A stretch of 41,594 bases of DNA from an uncultured Clostridia bacterium. GTDB taxonomy: Bacteria > Acidobacteriota > Aminicenantia > UBA2199. Below the pieces are notes generated by a model. The model was not told the origin of the DNA and searched no databases. It was given only the letters and a program-made list of their open reading frames with translations. Of the stretch, positions 26,551-37,031 are shown piece after piece. Location: positions 1-41,594 of the forward strand of contig CAYOTE010000001.1 in the NCBI GenBank assembly GCA_964406785.1, read 5' to 3'. Position 1 is the first letter of the stretch; every line of letters starts with the position of its first letter. The translations under genes and the position numbers were made by a program.

Positions 26551-29500
26551 GTGAATGAGAATTTAATAAGAAAAATTCACTATTCCGATGTTGGTATTTC
26601 GCTATTGCCCTTACGGATTGAGATTGAAAATATTAAAGATTTCGATCTCAAAAGTAAAAACATCGTATCTTTTAAAAAAGTCATTGTTCATTTAAAATTT
26701 CTTTCAATTTTCTCCCCCCAAAAAAAAATTAATTTAGTCATTGAAAGCCCAGAAATGCGCTTAAATGAAAATTTATTTACAAAAAACGAGAGCAAAAAAC
26801 AAACTCAATTTAACATAGAACAGATAAAAATTAAGAACGGTAAATTATTTTTTACCACGAATGATATATCTTTCAGAATTAATAATCTGAATTTACGCTC
26901 TGTAAGAAATAAAGATAAAATAATTTATTATTTAAAGGCTCCCTTTCTTGAGATAACCATGCCAATTGAGAAAGAATATGTAAATTTTCACGGACGGTTA
27001 TCGGGAAAACTCTTTCAACAAAACCAGTCTCTTGAAATCTCTTCTGCATATTGGAAAACTGATAATTTCAATATAAAATTATCGGGAAATATGTCAAATA
27101 AAAAAGATATTGCCTTAACTACAATTTTTTCAGGTAATCCTGAAGAAATACTTTACCCTTTACTAAAAGATTTTAATATATCAGGGTTTTTAAGTAGTAG
27201 AATTAGCATTATAAAACACTATAAGAAAGAATTAAGTATTAAAGCAATATTTAAAAGCAAATACTTTAATATTGGAAAAGAAGATTTTACAGAGTTAAAA
27301 GGACAAGGTAAATGGAATAACAAAGATAAAAGAATAAGCCTTAAAGCTTATTTACGTTCCTCAAAGCTAAGATCTTTCCTTGCTGTAAATACAGAATACG
27401 GAAAAATTATTATCAAAGGAAATAACTTTTCTGTCAAAAAAGCTTGTAAACTAATCGCTATACACGATACGGTTCCGTTAAACGGGATAATTGATACCGG
27501 CTCGATTGAAATAAATAAAAAAAATGTATCTGGAGAAGTGTTAATAAAAAAGTACAAAAAAAAAAATTATATAAATGAGAAAGAATTCAATACAGATGGT
27601 TTAATTGATTTTAATTATACTAAAAACACTAAAATTACTAAATTCTCATCACAGAGATTGAAAACGGAATTTGGGGAATTAGTAATTAATGGAATATATA
27701 ATTCTGTAAAAAAAAGTATGGACATTAAAGCAAATGCAAAAATTTCAAATATGTCGGCAATAAATAAATACTCTGTTTTTTTTATAGATTTAAACTTGAG
27801 TAGATGGCATTTAAAACAGGGGACAGGTTATTTTTCATTAAACTTAGAAAAAAACAAAAGTAAAATAATATTTGATTCTCAATTTTTAGGAAAAGATTTC
27901 TTTACAAATGGCACAACAATAGATTCTCTATCCCTTAATATTAGTAAAAAAAACGGACCTATCACAGGAACTATACTTATAAAAGACAGTAAATTAAAAA
28001 CAAAAGCCAACATAGTCATTGATAAAATCAAAACAAATATTAAATTTTTAAATGTTAAAGGAAAGTCTGAGAAAATATTTAAAATATTAAGTATTCCGTC
28101 GCCAACAGTAGGTGAAGTTTACGGAACTTGTACATATTCTCAATTAAATGGAGGTAAACAACCTTTTATTAAGGGACATCTTAACTCAAAAAGCCTTTAC
28201 TTATCAGCGTTTCAATTCAATGATGTCTCTTGCGATTTCGAATCTGATGTTAATAGTTTAAAGCTTAATAACATTGATTTTGTTTTTAAAGATGGCAAAG
28301 GAAAAGCAAATATATTTTTTGATTTCTTAAAATCAGAGTATGAGATACACGGCAAAGCATCGAGCGTTAATTTAAATAAAATTTCTAATGAAATAACGGG
28401 AAAAGGAAGAATATCCTTTGATGGTAAAGGGAAATTTCTTATAAATCCTATAATAGTGAAGTACAAGTTCCCTAATACCAGCTTTTATCATAATAGGTTT
28501 TTTTCGTTTGAAGGTGACGCCAAGGTTTTTACAAATTTTGAAGATTTTTCTCTTAAGACAAGTGGTAATATTTATAATAAAAATTATAAATCAAACTTTT
28601 TATTTGAATTAAAAAAGCATCAAGAACAGTATAGCGGTAATTATAACTTTAATCTCTCCGATATTGACCTATTAATGCCATGGGAAAATAATGTTGGGAA
28701 AATTGCCATAAACGGTTATTTTAATTCAAATGAAAAGAACAAAATTATTAATACAGGTATTGCCGATTTTAGTGGAACGACACTCGTATTGCCATCTTTT
28801 TCCCATGCTATTGAAAAGTACTCTGGTTTTATAACATTTGATAATAACAATTTTATTCTTGAATCACTTAAAGGGACTATAGGAGGTGGAGGTGTTGAAT
28901 TAAACGGGAATGTACGTGTGAATAATAATAAGATTCAAGATGCTCAATTAAATCTCACAGGAAGTAGAATGTTAATATTCCCTATGAATAGAACGCAGTT
29001 CGATATGGACGCTGATATATCGTTAAAATATAATAATAAAAAATTATATTTGAATGGAAATATGAATATTTTTTCCGGCATATGGGAAAGAGAAACTACC
29101 GAGGGTATATCGTTTTATACAAGTTCAAACTTTTCGCCTGAAAAGGCTGATATAATAAAGAATATGGAATTAAACTTAAAGATTACGGGTAAAAAAAACA
29201 TCCAGATGAATAATTCCTTTGGAAGTGTAACCGGAGGTTTTGATTTGAATATAAAAGGCACACCGGATTCGCCTGTCATTTTAGGTACGATAGAAGGTAG
29301 GACCGGTGAAATATATTTTTCAAATAGTAAATTCAAATTACTTAAGGCAAAGATTCTTTTTAATAATAAGTTGGAAAATAATCCTGAAATAATAATAAAA
29401 TCCGAAGCATTTATTAAAAATTATCGAATCAAATTTAACGTAAACGGAACTTCGGAAAGTCCTATTCTTGAGTTTAAGTCTTCGCCATCACTTCCTACTC

Positions 29501-29880
29501 AGGAAATATTTGCACTAATTTCACTCGGAGAATTATTTGAAAAACAAAGATCTATAGAATTTAGCTCACAAATCGGTTCAACCTATTTACTAAGTAATGC
29601 CCTTATGGATAAAATCCAAAAAAGAGCAAAAAAATTTGGTATTGATTTACTTAGAATAGATACAAGATTATCTGAATTTACTACTGACAATTCGCCAAGG
29701 CTCACCGTAGGGACAACTGTATTAAAAAATGTCTTAATTGTTTACTCAACAAATATTGCAGGATTACGTAGAGAAGTTATATATTTCCAATATCAATTAT
29801 CTCCGGCAATTTCACTTATAGGAATGAGAAATGAAGCCGGACGATTCAGCGTTGATATACGATTTAGGAAAAAGGATTAG
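26551..29880 (+). CDS. tamB: translocation and assembly module protein TamB (AsmA-like; C-terminal DUF490-type domain)
   Basis: A protein of more than 1100 aa that is beta-rich and Asn/Lys-rich. The C-terminus (SPILEFKSSPSLPTQEIFALISLGE...LTVGTTVLKNVLIVYS) is typical of TamB. The annotated GTG start is probably too far downstream (see findings). Confidence 0.8.
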   Translation: MNENLIRKIHYSDVGISLLPLRIEIENIKDFDLKSKNIVSFKKVIVHLKFLSIFSPQKKINLVIESPEMRLNENLFTKNESKKQTQFNIEQIKIKNGKLFFTTNDISFRINNLNLRSVRNKDKIIYYLKAPFLEITMPIEKEYVNFHGRLSGKLFQQNQSLEISSAYWKTDNFNIKLSGNMSNKKDIALTTIFSGNPEEILYPLLKDFNISGFLSSRISIIKHYKKELSIKAIFKSKYFNIGKEDFTELKGQGKWNNKDKRISLKAYLRSSKLRSFLAVNTEYGKIIIKGNNFSVKKACKLIAIHDTVPLNGIIDTGSIEINKKNVSGEVLIKKYKKKNYINEKEFNTDGLIDFNYTKNTKITKFSSQRLKTEFGELVINGIYNSVKKSMDIKANAKISNMSAINKYSVFFIDLNLSRWHLKQGTGYFSLNLEKNKSKIIFDSQFLGKDFFTNGTTIDSLSLNISKKNGPITGTILIKDSKLKTKANIVIDKIKTNIKFLNVKGKSEKIFKILSIPSPTVGEVYGTCTYSQLNGGKQPFIKGHLNSKSLYLSAFQFNDVSCDFESDVNSLKLNNIDFVFKDGKGKANIFFDFLKSEYEIHGKASSVNLNKISNEITGKGRISFDGKGKFLINPIIVKYKFPNTSFYHNRFFSFEGDAKVFTNFEDFSLKTSGNIYNKNYKSNFLFELKKHQEQYSGNYNFNLSDIDLLMPWENNVGKIAINGYFNSNEKNKIINTGIADFSGTTLVLPSFSHAIEKYSGFITFDNNNFILESLKGTIGGGGVELNGNVRVNNNKIQDAQLNLTGSRMLIFPMNRTQFDMDADISLKYNNKKLYLNGNMNIFSGIWERETTEGISFYTSSNFSPEKADIIKNMELNLKITGKKNIQMNNSFGSVTGGFDLNIKGTPDSPVILGTIEGRTGEIYFSNSKFKLLKAKILFNNKLENNPEIIIKSEAFIKNYRIKFNVNGTSESPILEFKSSPSLPTQEIFALISLGELFEKQRSIEFSSQIGSTYLLSNALMDKIQKRAKKFGIDLLRIDTRLSEFTTDNSPRLTVGTTVLKNVLIVYSTNIAGLRREVIYFQYQLSPAISLIGMRNEAGRFSVDIRFRKKD

Positions 29881-29883
29881 AAA

Positions 29884-32574
29884 ATGAAAAGCAAATATTC
29901 TAAATTAATATTTTTAAACATACTTTTTAGTATAATTGTTTTCTCACTTAACATTTATCCAAGTGTTTTTGCAAAATATAAAATTGAAAGAATAAATTTA
30001 AAATTTATTAATAATACAAACAACGACAATAATAACTATAGAGAAATTTTAAATATAAAAAAAGGAGATTATTTTAATCTGAACAAGATAAGGGAATCGC
30101 TTACAAATCTAAACAAAACCGGTCAATTTCAAAACATTGAGATTAAAATGATTAACCTCAAGAACAATAAGTTAAAATTAATATATAAGCTCTACTTCAA
30201 ATTTAAAATTAGAACAATAAAAATAGTTCAAAAAGATAAAATGCATAAAGTTAGCATTATTAAGTCAGTTTTTTCATTGAGAGCAAACACTTTCTTTTAC
30301 AAAGATAAACTGCCGAAAGCAATAATTGAGATTAAAAACATTTTAAAATACAACGGTTACGGACAGCCAAAAATAACATATAAAATGGTTAAAAACACAA
30401 GCAAAGGCACTATTGATATCCTGTTTTACATAAACAAGGGTCCAACAACCAAAATAAACAGAATAAATATAAAAATTCAAAATCCAAAATTAAGAAAAAA
30501 AATATTGACTTTTTTTAATTTCACCAATTATATTCCTAAAACATTTCAAATGTCAATAAATAAAATTAAAAAATTTTTAGTCTCAGAAAAATACTTTTTC
30601 CCTGATATTGAAAAAAGAGAAACATTTATTGACTCAAAGCACAGTATAATAAATATTACAATTACTATAAACCCCGGCTATAAATATCTTTTCAAATTTA
30701 TAGGGATGAAGCCTAAAATATCATTAATTTCCATCGCATGGAAGAAAAAAGTCTTTGAAAAATGGTCGGAAAGCGAAAGTGTAACAAGACTTTTAAATTA
30801 TCTTTACACAAAAGGTTATCTTCAAGCAAAAATTCAGTCTAAAATAATTAAATTTAAAAATAAAATTAAGACTATTATTTTTAATGTAAATAGAGGTAAA
30901 AAATACTATCTTAATAAATTATATATTACCGGAAATACAGCTATTTCAAATCAAAGAATAAGGCAGGTTATAAATGCTGATAAACTTTTATACAATAAAC
31001 TTTTTGGTTTCAATACAGAGTCTTTGCTTGTTGACATACAAGTATTAAAATTATTATATCTAAATGAAGGATATAAATTTGTTAAAATTAATGTTAAAAA
31101 ATATTTTAAAGGCAATAAGGTAGATATTAAATTGGCAATTAACGAAGGTAAGAAAAACATCATAGATTCAATTATATTTACAGGTAACAAAGCCTTCTCA
31201 TCAGAATATTTATCTAAGAATTTCAATGCCAAACCAAACGGACCTTTTATAAAAAGTCTTTTTAAAAGAGATATTGAAGCAATAAAAAAATTATATCTTA
31301 ACAAAGGATACAAGGATATTGTAGTTAATTACGAAGTGTCAAATGGTTCTGCTAAATCCATTCTTATTTCAATTGATGAGGGATACTTTTATTTTGTGTC
31401 AAAACTTATAATAATCGGAGCATCTAAAACACAATATAATCTACTTAAGAATCGGTTCCCTATTAAAGTCGGAGATATTTACAATTCGATAGAAATACAA
31501 AAGTTCAAATCTGAGATGGACAATAGCGGAATATTCAGTTCCTTTGATATATCGAATATTAAAAGAAATGCCAATTCTTTAGATATAATTATTAAGGTAA
31601 TCCCCGAAAAATCTAAATATTATGGTTTTGGATTAGGTTGGGAAGATAGGAGGAGTATAAGAGGTACTATCGAATATCAGGTTCAAAACATTTTTAATTC
31701 TTATTCAAATTTTTCTACAACACTTCAACTCGGACTTAAAGAAATTAGAGGGGCAATTAATTATGACACTCCGTATCTGTTCAATACCGAAATTAATTCT
31801 TCAACAAGACTATGGATGGAGGATGAGATTTTTCCAAGCTATAAATCCACGAGATATGGCATTAGTGAATCAATTATTAAAAAAATAAATAATACCTCAT
31901 ACATATCCGCAGCATATATGTTATACAAAACCAATATAACGGAGAAATTCGGTAATCCGGACTTGATAGAAAATTTTAGTACAAGTGCTTTATCGTTTCT
32001 TTACATAATTGAAAAACGAGATAATCCGTTTAACCCAACAAAAGGCTCATTCTTTTCATCAAACTTAAAACTTGCATTACCTTTATTCAGTAACACCGCT
32101 TCTTATAAATTTTTCTGGAATTATCAAAAAAACTGGAGATTTTTAAAAACAGGTACATTTGCCCTTTCTATAAGAAATGGTTTTGCATCGGGAGATGTAC
32201 ATATCTCAGAAAGGTTCTTTGCAGGAGGCTCTCACACCTTTAGAGGAACTCCCAACGATCGATTAGGACCGATTAATACTGACTATAATCAGCCAAGAGG
32301 TGGTAACGCAATGATTCTTTTTAATATAGAGGCAACATTTCCTTTAAATATATTCCCTGTTGATAATTTATATTATTCTTTTTTCTTGGACGTAGGTAAT
32401 ATATATTGGGAAACAAAAGATTTTGATATGCAAAAGGTTGAAAAGGCGATTGGGTTCGGTTTAAAATATAGAACTCCAATGGGACCTTTAAAAATTGAAT
32501 TTGCATGGAATCTCAGGGGGGAAAATGCAGATAAATTTTTTAATTTCAGCATAGGGATAGGAAATGTATTTTAA
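29884..32574 (+). CDS. bamA: outer membrane protein assembly factor BamA (Omp85 family)
   Basis: Signal peptide, repeated POTRA-like modules (I.I.GN......I) and a C-terminal D15 barrel (FFAGGSHTFRG, GFGLKYRTPMGPLKIEFAW, terminal ...GNVF). Confidence 0.85.
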   Translation: MKSKYSKLIFLNILFSIIVFSLNIYPSVFAKYKIERINLKFINNTNNDNNNYREILNIKKGDYFNLNKIRESLTNLNKTGQFQNIEIKMINLKNNKLKLIYKLYFKFKIRTIKIVQKDKMHKVSIIKSVFSLRANTFFYKDKLPKAIIEIKNILKYNGYGQPKITYKMVKNTSKGTIDILFYINKGPTTKINRINIKIQNPKLRKKILTFFNFTNYIPKTFQMSINKIKKFLVSEKYFFPDIEKRETFIDSKHSIINITITINPGYKYLFKFIGMKPKISLISIAWKKKVFEKWSESESVTRLLNYLYTKGYLQAKIQSKIIKFKNKIKTIIFNVNRGKKYYLNKLYITGNTAISNQRIRQVINADKLLYNKLFGFNTESLLVDIQVLKLLYLNEGYKFVKINVKKYFKGNKVDIKLAINEGKKNIIDSIIFTGNKAFSSEYLSKNFNAKPNGPFIKSLFKRDIEAIKKLYLNKGYKDIVVNYEVSNGSAKSILISIDEGYFYFVSKLIIIGASKTQYNLLKNRFPIKVGDIYNSIEIQKFKSEMDNSGIFSSFDISNIKRNANSLDIIIKVIPEKSKYYGFGLGWEDRRSIRGTIEYQVQNIFNSYSNFSTTLQLGLKEIRGAINYDTPYLFNTEINSSTRLWMEDEIFPSYKSTRYGISESIIKKINNTSYISAAYMLYKTNITEKFGNPDLIENFSTSALSFLYIIEKRDNPFNPTKGSFFSSNLKLALPLFSNTASYKFFWNYQKNWRFLKTGTFALSIRNGFASGDVHISERFFAGGSHTFRGTPNDRLGPINTDYNQPRGGNAMILFNIEATFPLNIFPVDNLYYSFFLDVGNIYWETKDFDMQKVEKAIGFGLKYRTPMGPLKIEFAWNLRGENADKFFNFSIGIGNVF

Positions 32575-33238
32575 AAAAAAGCTTTTTTCTTTTTATATTT
32601 TGTTAATTTTATTGTTTTTATTATTATTTACTATTAGCTTTAATTTATCTGCAATAAGTAATGAGATACTTGTAGATAAAATAGTAGCTGTCGTTGGGGA
32701 TACTGTAATTTCATTTTCGGATATTGAAAAGGCTGTGTTATTATACCCTATTTTGAGAAATAGCAACGAATCTGAAATAGAGTTTTATAAACAAATCCTG
32801 AACGAATTAATTGATTATAGAATTATTTATCTTGAATACGGCAACGGAATAATTTTAAATGAGAACGATTTCGAAAAAATAGAGTTGGAAATTATTGAAA
32901 AATCAGGCTCGTTTCAAAAATTAAATACAATTCTTAACGCATTTGATATGACGTGGGAAAATTTTCGAGTATTTATAAAAGAAAGAGTTTTTTTTGAAAA
33001 GACAATAAAAGAAAAATTTCAATTTAAGATAAGTATTTCTTTTAATGATGTTAAACAATTTTATAAAAAAGAATATGTACCTAATCAAAAAAAAATGAAC
33101 CTTATCCCAAAATCCTTGATAGAAATGACTCCGAAAATAGAAAATCATTTAAGACAAATAGAAACGGGGAAAAAAATTAAAAGTTGGATTAAGGATATAA
33201 GAGATAAGTACAAGATAAGAATATTATCTAAAATATAA
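32564..33238 (+). CDS. SurA N-terminal-domain-like periplasmic chaperone (no PPIase domain)
   Basis: Signal peptide, then VDKIVAVVGDTVISFSDIEKAV, which is typical of SurA N-termini. 224 aa. Overlaps the bamA end by 11 nt. Confidence 0.5.
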   Translation: MYFKKKLFSFYILLILLFLLLFTISFNLSAISNEILVDKIVAVVGDTVISFSDIEKAVLLYPILRNSNESEIEFYKQILNELIDYRIIYLEYGNGIILNENDFEKIELEIIEKSGSFQKLNTILNAFDMTWENFRVFIKERVFFEKTIKEKFQFKISISFNDVKQFYKKEYVPNQKKMNLIPKSLIEMTPKIENHLRQIETGKKIKSWIKDIRDKYKIRILSKI

Positions 33239-33274
33239 TATAGAGAATAATATGGAAATAAAGGAAGGTGGAAA

Positions 33275-34234
33275 ATGAATTTATTTGAGAATGAAAAAAA
33301 ATTAATTGTTGATTTAAAGACCGGTGATAAAATGGATAATTATTGCAAGGTTTTAAGCTTGGATAAAAAAAACAAGAAAGACGGAGATCCTTTTTTAATG
33401 TTGGTATTATTAGATAGCAGTGGGAAAATTAAAGCTAAAATATGGAGTAATGTAAAAAAATATTACTCACTATTAAAAGCCGGAGAAATTTTTAAATTTA
33501 CAGGAACAGTAACAGAGTATAAGGGCGAACTTGACGTTAGAATTTCAGGTGTGGAAAAAGCTACCTCCAAAGATTATGATGCCGGCGATTTTTTTGAAAA
33601 AGCATCATTTGATATCGAAGCCTTAACCTTGGAAATAAAGGAAATTGTTAACAATTCTATTAATAACAATAAGGTCGGAGAACTTATAAACTTACTATTT
33701 AAAACATACGAGAAGGACTTTAAATTTCATTACGGTGCAATGAATATACATCATGCCTATCCCGGTGGTTTATTAAAGCATACCGCAGCCTTAATAAAAT
33801 TAGCTGTCTTCATAGCTGATCAGTATAATTTAAACAAAGAGTTGCTTGTAACGGGTGCTCTCTTTCATGATATAGGTAAATTATTTGAATTTTCCGTTGT
33901 ACCTTCATTAAACATCACGATAGAAGGCGGTCTTGTCGGTCATATTGTACTTGGTAATAATATTCTTTTGGAATTAGCCTCTAAAATTAAAGATTTCCCT
34001 AAGAGCACCTTATTGCAAATTCAACATCTCATCCTATCTCATCACGGAGAAAAAGAGTACGGCTCACCCGAAGTGCCTAAAACAAAAGAGGCATTTGCAC
34101 TGCATATAATAGATTTGCTTGATTCCAAAATGGCAATTTTTGGTGAATTACAAGAAAAAAGTGATAAAAAAGAATTATTCTCAGAATATGCACATGTGCT
34201 GGGAAGAAGAATTCTTATTGATGACAAATCCTAA
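33275..34234 (+). CDS. yhaM: 3'-5' exoribonuclease YhaM family (OB-fold plus HD domain)
   Basis: N-terminal OB-fold region, HD motifs HHAYPGGLLKHT and ALFHDIGK, and LILSHHG. Confidence 0.8.
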   Translation: MNLFENEKKLIVDLKTGDKMDNYCKVLSLDKKNKKDGDPFLMLVLLDSSGKIKAKIWSNVKKYYSLLKAGEIFKFTGTVTEYKGELDVRISGVEKATSKDYDAGDFFEKASFDIEALTLEIKEIVNNSINNNKVGELINLLFKTYEKDFKFHYGAMNIHHAYPGGLLKHTAALIKLAVFIADQYNLNKELLVTGALFHDIGKLFEFSVVPSLNITIEGGLVGHIVLGNNILLELASKIKDFPKSTLLQIQHLILSHHGEKEYGSPEVPKTKEAFALHIIDLLDSKMAIFGELQEKSDKKELFSEYAHVLGRRILIDDKS

Positions 34235-34565
34235 TAATACCGAAGTAATTCCGCTCCCTAAATGTCCTTTCTGCGGTTCACTTGAGGTATTGCCGTTTGA
34301 AGACGATAGGGACTATTCTAATAGACGACAAACATTTACATTGATACTATTATCTGCATTCTCACTCTTTGGTGTATATATTCTTTTTTTATTATCTGCA
34401 TACCTGTTTTTTCCCGGTGTTGTTATACTATCAATCTTTTTTTTTACAAAAATTGTAAATGATAGAGAAAAGAAAAAAATAATAATCTATAATAATAAAA
34501 ATTTTATATGTATAAAATGTGGTAATAACTTTGAATACATTGAAAAAAAAAGCAAAATAGTGTAA
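34221..34565 (+). CDS. small membrane protein with a split zinc-ribbon (CPFC...CIKC)
   Basis: ATG 34221 overlaps the yhaM stop. CPFCGS and CIKCGN pairs flank two hydrophobic helices. The ORF-track start at 34119 lies inside yhaM. Confidence 0.45.
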   Translation: MTNPNNTEVIPLPKCPFCGSLEVLPFEDDRDYSNRRQTFTLILLSAFSLFGVYILFLLSAYLFFPGVVILSIFFFTKIVNDREKKKIIIYNNKNFICIKCGNNFEYIEKKSKIV

Positions 34566-34591
34566 ATTATATATTAACGGAGGAAAGTCAA

Positions 34592-36001
34592 ATGAAAATA
34601 AATTTTAAATCTTACGGAGCTTGTGGAGAGGTAACGGGTTCTAAACATTTTTTGAAGGTGGATGATAAAACATTGATGATAGATTGCGGTATGTTCCAGG
34701 GAAAGAGAGACGAATCATACGATAAAAACCATAAATTACTCTTTGACCCGGCTAAAATTGATGCCGTACTTTTAACTCATGCACATTTCGACCATTCGGG
34801 TGCTCTTCCCGTTTTAAAAATGAACGGATTTAAAGGCAATATCTATTCAACTTCGGCAACTCGTGATATTGCTAATATAATTTTGTTTGACAGTGCCTTT
34901 ATTCAACAAAAAGATGCAGAGTATATAAGAGAAAAAGCAATAAAGCATCCTGAACGACATCTTAAAATAAGAGAGCCTCTTTATGACTCAAGCGATGTAA
35001 TAAATACTATTGCAGACTTTGTTACAATAAACTATCACAGACCCTTTATGCCAATATCGGAAGTTACAGCTGAATTTTACGATGCAGGACATATACTCGG
35101 CTCTGCAATGATACTATTTGATATAAATAAAAAGGTTAAGATTGGATTTACAGGAGATCTCGGACGAAGAAATCTACCCATATTAAAAGACCCGGAAGTT
35201 TTGCCGGACCTTGATTATCTTGTATTGGAAAGCACTTACGGAAATAGATTACATAAAAATATAGGAATGGCAAAAGAAGAATTAGCCGATATAATTAACA
35301 AAACATATAAACGTAACGGCAAGATGATTATTCCGGCCTTTACAATTGAACGAACACAAGAAATTATATATATTATCCATTCATTGATGATGGATAAAAA
35401 AATACCGGATATCCAAATTTTTGTTGACTCACCCATGGCAGTTAATGCAACATCTGTATTTAAACTCCACCCCGAGTGTTTTGATAAAGAGACATATGAT
35501 GACTTTATTTCAAAAAACGTCAATCCCTTTGGCTTTGACAATATTAAATACACCTCATCGGTTAAAGAGTCTATTGATATAAATGACTATAAAAAACCTG
35601 CTATAATTTTATCGGCAAGCGGAATGGCAGAAAACGGAAGAATACTGCATCATCTTAAAAATAATATTGAAGACCCTAAGAACACAATTGCAATAGTAGG
35701 ATATATGGCTGAGCATACACTTGGAAGAAGGATAGTTGAAAAAAGAGATGAGGTTAAAATATTCGGTAAAATGTATAAATTGAAGGCAAATGTTGTGACA
35801 CTTAACGCATTTTCAGCTCATGCAGATTATAACGAAATAAAAAAATGGATTAAAAATTATGACCTTAATAAATTAAAAAAGGTTTTTCTTGTTCACGGAG
35901 AAGATGACGCACTTACACACTTAAAGAAAGAACTTCTGTCCATAGGAATTCAAGGCGTTGAAATTGTAAAATGCGGTCAAGATTATGCCTTGGAAGAATA
36001 G
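34592..36001 (+). CDS. MBL-fold beta-CASP RNA-metabolising hydrolase (RNase J/CPSF-like)
   Basis: HAHFDHSG (HxHxDH), downstream GHILGS, and the C-terminal beta-CASP/RMMBL region ending in FSAHAD and LVHGE. Confidence 0.8.
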   Translation: MKINFKSYGACGEVTGSKHFLKVDDKTLMIDCGMFQGKRDESYDKNHKLLFDPAKIDAVLLTHAHFDHSGALPVLKMNGFKGNIYSTSATRDIANIILFDSAFIQQKDAEYIREKAIKHPERHLKIREPLYDSSDVINTIADFVTINYHRPFMPISEVTAEFYDAGHILGSAMILFDINKKVKIGFTGDLGRRNLPILKDPEVLPDLDYLVLESTYGNRLHKNIGMAKEELADIINKTYKRNGKMIIPAFTIERTQEIIYIIHSLMMDKKIPDIQIFVDSPMAVNATSVFKLHPECFDKETYDDFISKNVNPFGFDNIKYTSSVKESIDINDYKKPAIILSASGMAENGRILHHLKNNIEDPKNTIAIVGYMAEHTLGRRIVEKRDEVKIFGKMYKLKANVVTLNAFSAHADYNEIKKWIKNYDLNKLKKVFLVHGEDDALTHLKKELLSIGIQGVEIVKCGQDYALEE

Positions 36002-36026
36002 ATTGATATGATTAACGAGGATTTAT

Positions 36027-37031
36027 ATGAACAAAATTATTGATAGGGAGAATATATTAGTTACCGGTGGTGCAGGTTATATTGGTAGCCATGTTGTTAG
36101 AGATTTGTATAATGCAGGCTTCTTTCCCATTGTTTATGACAATCTTTCAACGGGGAATAGAGAATCGGTACTATACGGAGAATTTATTGAGGGAAATATT
36201 AATGATAAAAAACTTGTTAGTTCAATTATTAAAAAATATAATATTAAGAGTGTAGTTCATTTTGCTGCCTCAATTGTAGTGGAAGAGTCAGTAAGAGACC
36301 CTTTTAAATACTATAATAATAACTCCGTCAATTCTCTAAAACTTATAGAAACTTGCATTGATAGCGAAATAGAAAATTTTGTATTTTCTTCAACAGCCGC
36401 AATATACGGTATGCCAAAAAAACTTCCGATTACTGAAAACGATGTACTTGCTCCTATTAATCCATACGGAAAGTCAAAACTTGTTACTGAAATGATTTTA
36501 AAGGATATTTCCAATGTTACCAATCATTTTAACTATATTGCTCTTAGATATTTCAATGTCGCCGGTGCCGACAGTGGAGGACAACTCGGGCAAAATTATG
36601 AAAAGCCTACGCATTTAATTACCCTTGCTCTACGGGCTGCACTTGGTGATTATAAGGATTTAAAGATGTTTGGTACCGATTACGATACACCTGACGGGAC
36701 GGCAATTAGAGATTATATACATATTGATGACCTTGCAAATGCCCATATATTGGCATTAAAATATTTAAAAGAAGAAAGACAGAGTAATGTTTTTAACTGT
36801 GGTTACGGACAGGGTAAATCTGTTTTGGAAGTTGTAAACAGTGCAAAAAAAATAACAGGAGTTAATTTTAAAGTAATAAACAGCGAAAGAAGAGATGGCG
36901 ATCCAGCTAATTTAGTTGCCGATTCATCAAAGATAAGAAAGCTTCTCGGATGGGTGCCCAAATACGATAATATTGATTATATACTTAAATCGGCATGGGA
37001 ATGGGAAAAAACTTTAAAAAATAAGATATGA
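36027..37031 (+). CDS. galE: UDP-glucose 4-epimerase
   Basis: Rossmann GGAGYIGSH, catalytic YGKSK (YxxxK) and FNVAGAD. 334 aa. Confidence 0.88.
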   Translation: MNKIIDRENILVTGGAGYIGSHVVRDLYNAGFFPIVYDNLSTGNRESVLYGEFIEGNINDKKLVSSIIKKYNIKSVVHFAASIVVEESVRDPFKYYNNNSVNSLKLIETCIDSEIENFVFSSTAAIYGMPKKLPITENDVLAPINPYGKSKLVTEMILKDISNVTNHFNYIALRYFNVAGADSGGQLGQNYEKPTHLITLALRAALGDYKDLKMFGTDYDTPDGTAIRDYIHIDDLANAHILALKYLKEERQSNVFNCGYGQGKSVLEVVNSAKKITGVNFKVINSERRDGDPANLVADSSKIRKLLGWVPKYDNIDYILKSAWEWEKTLKNKI

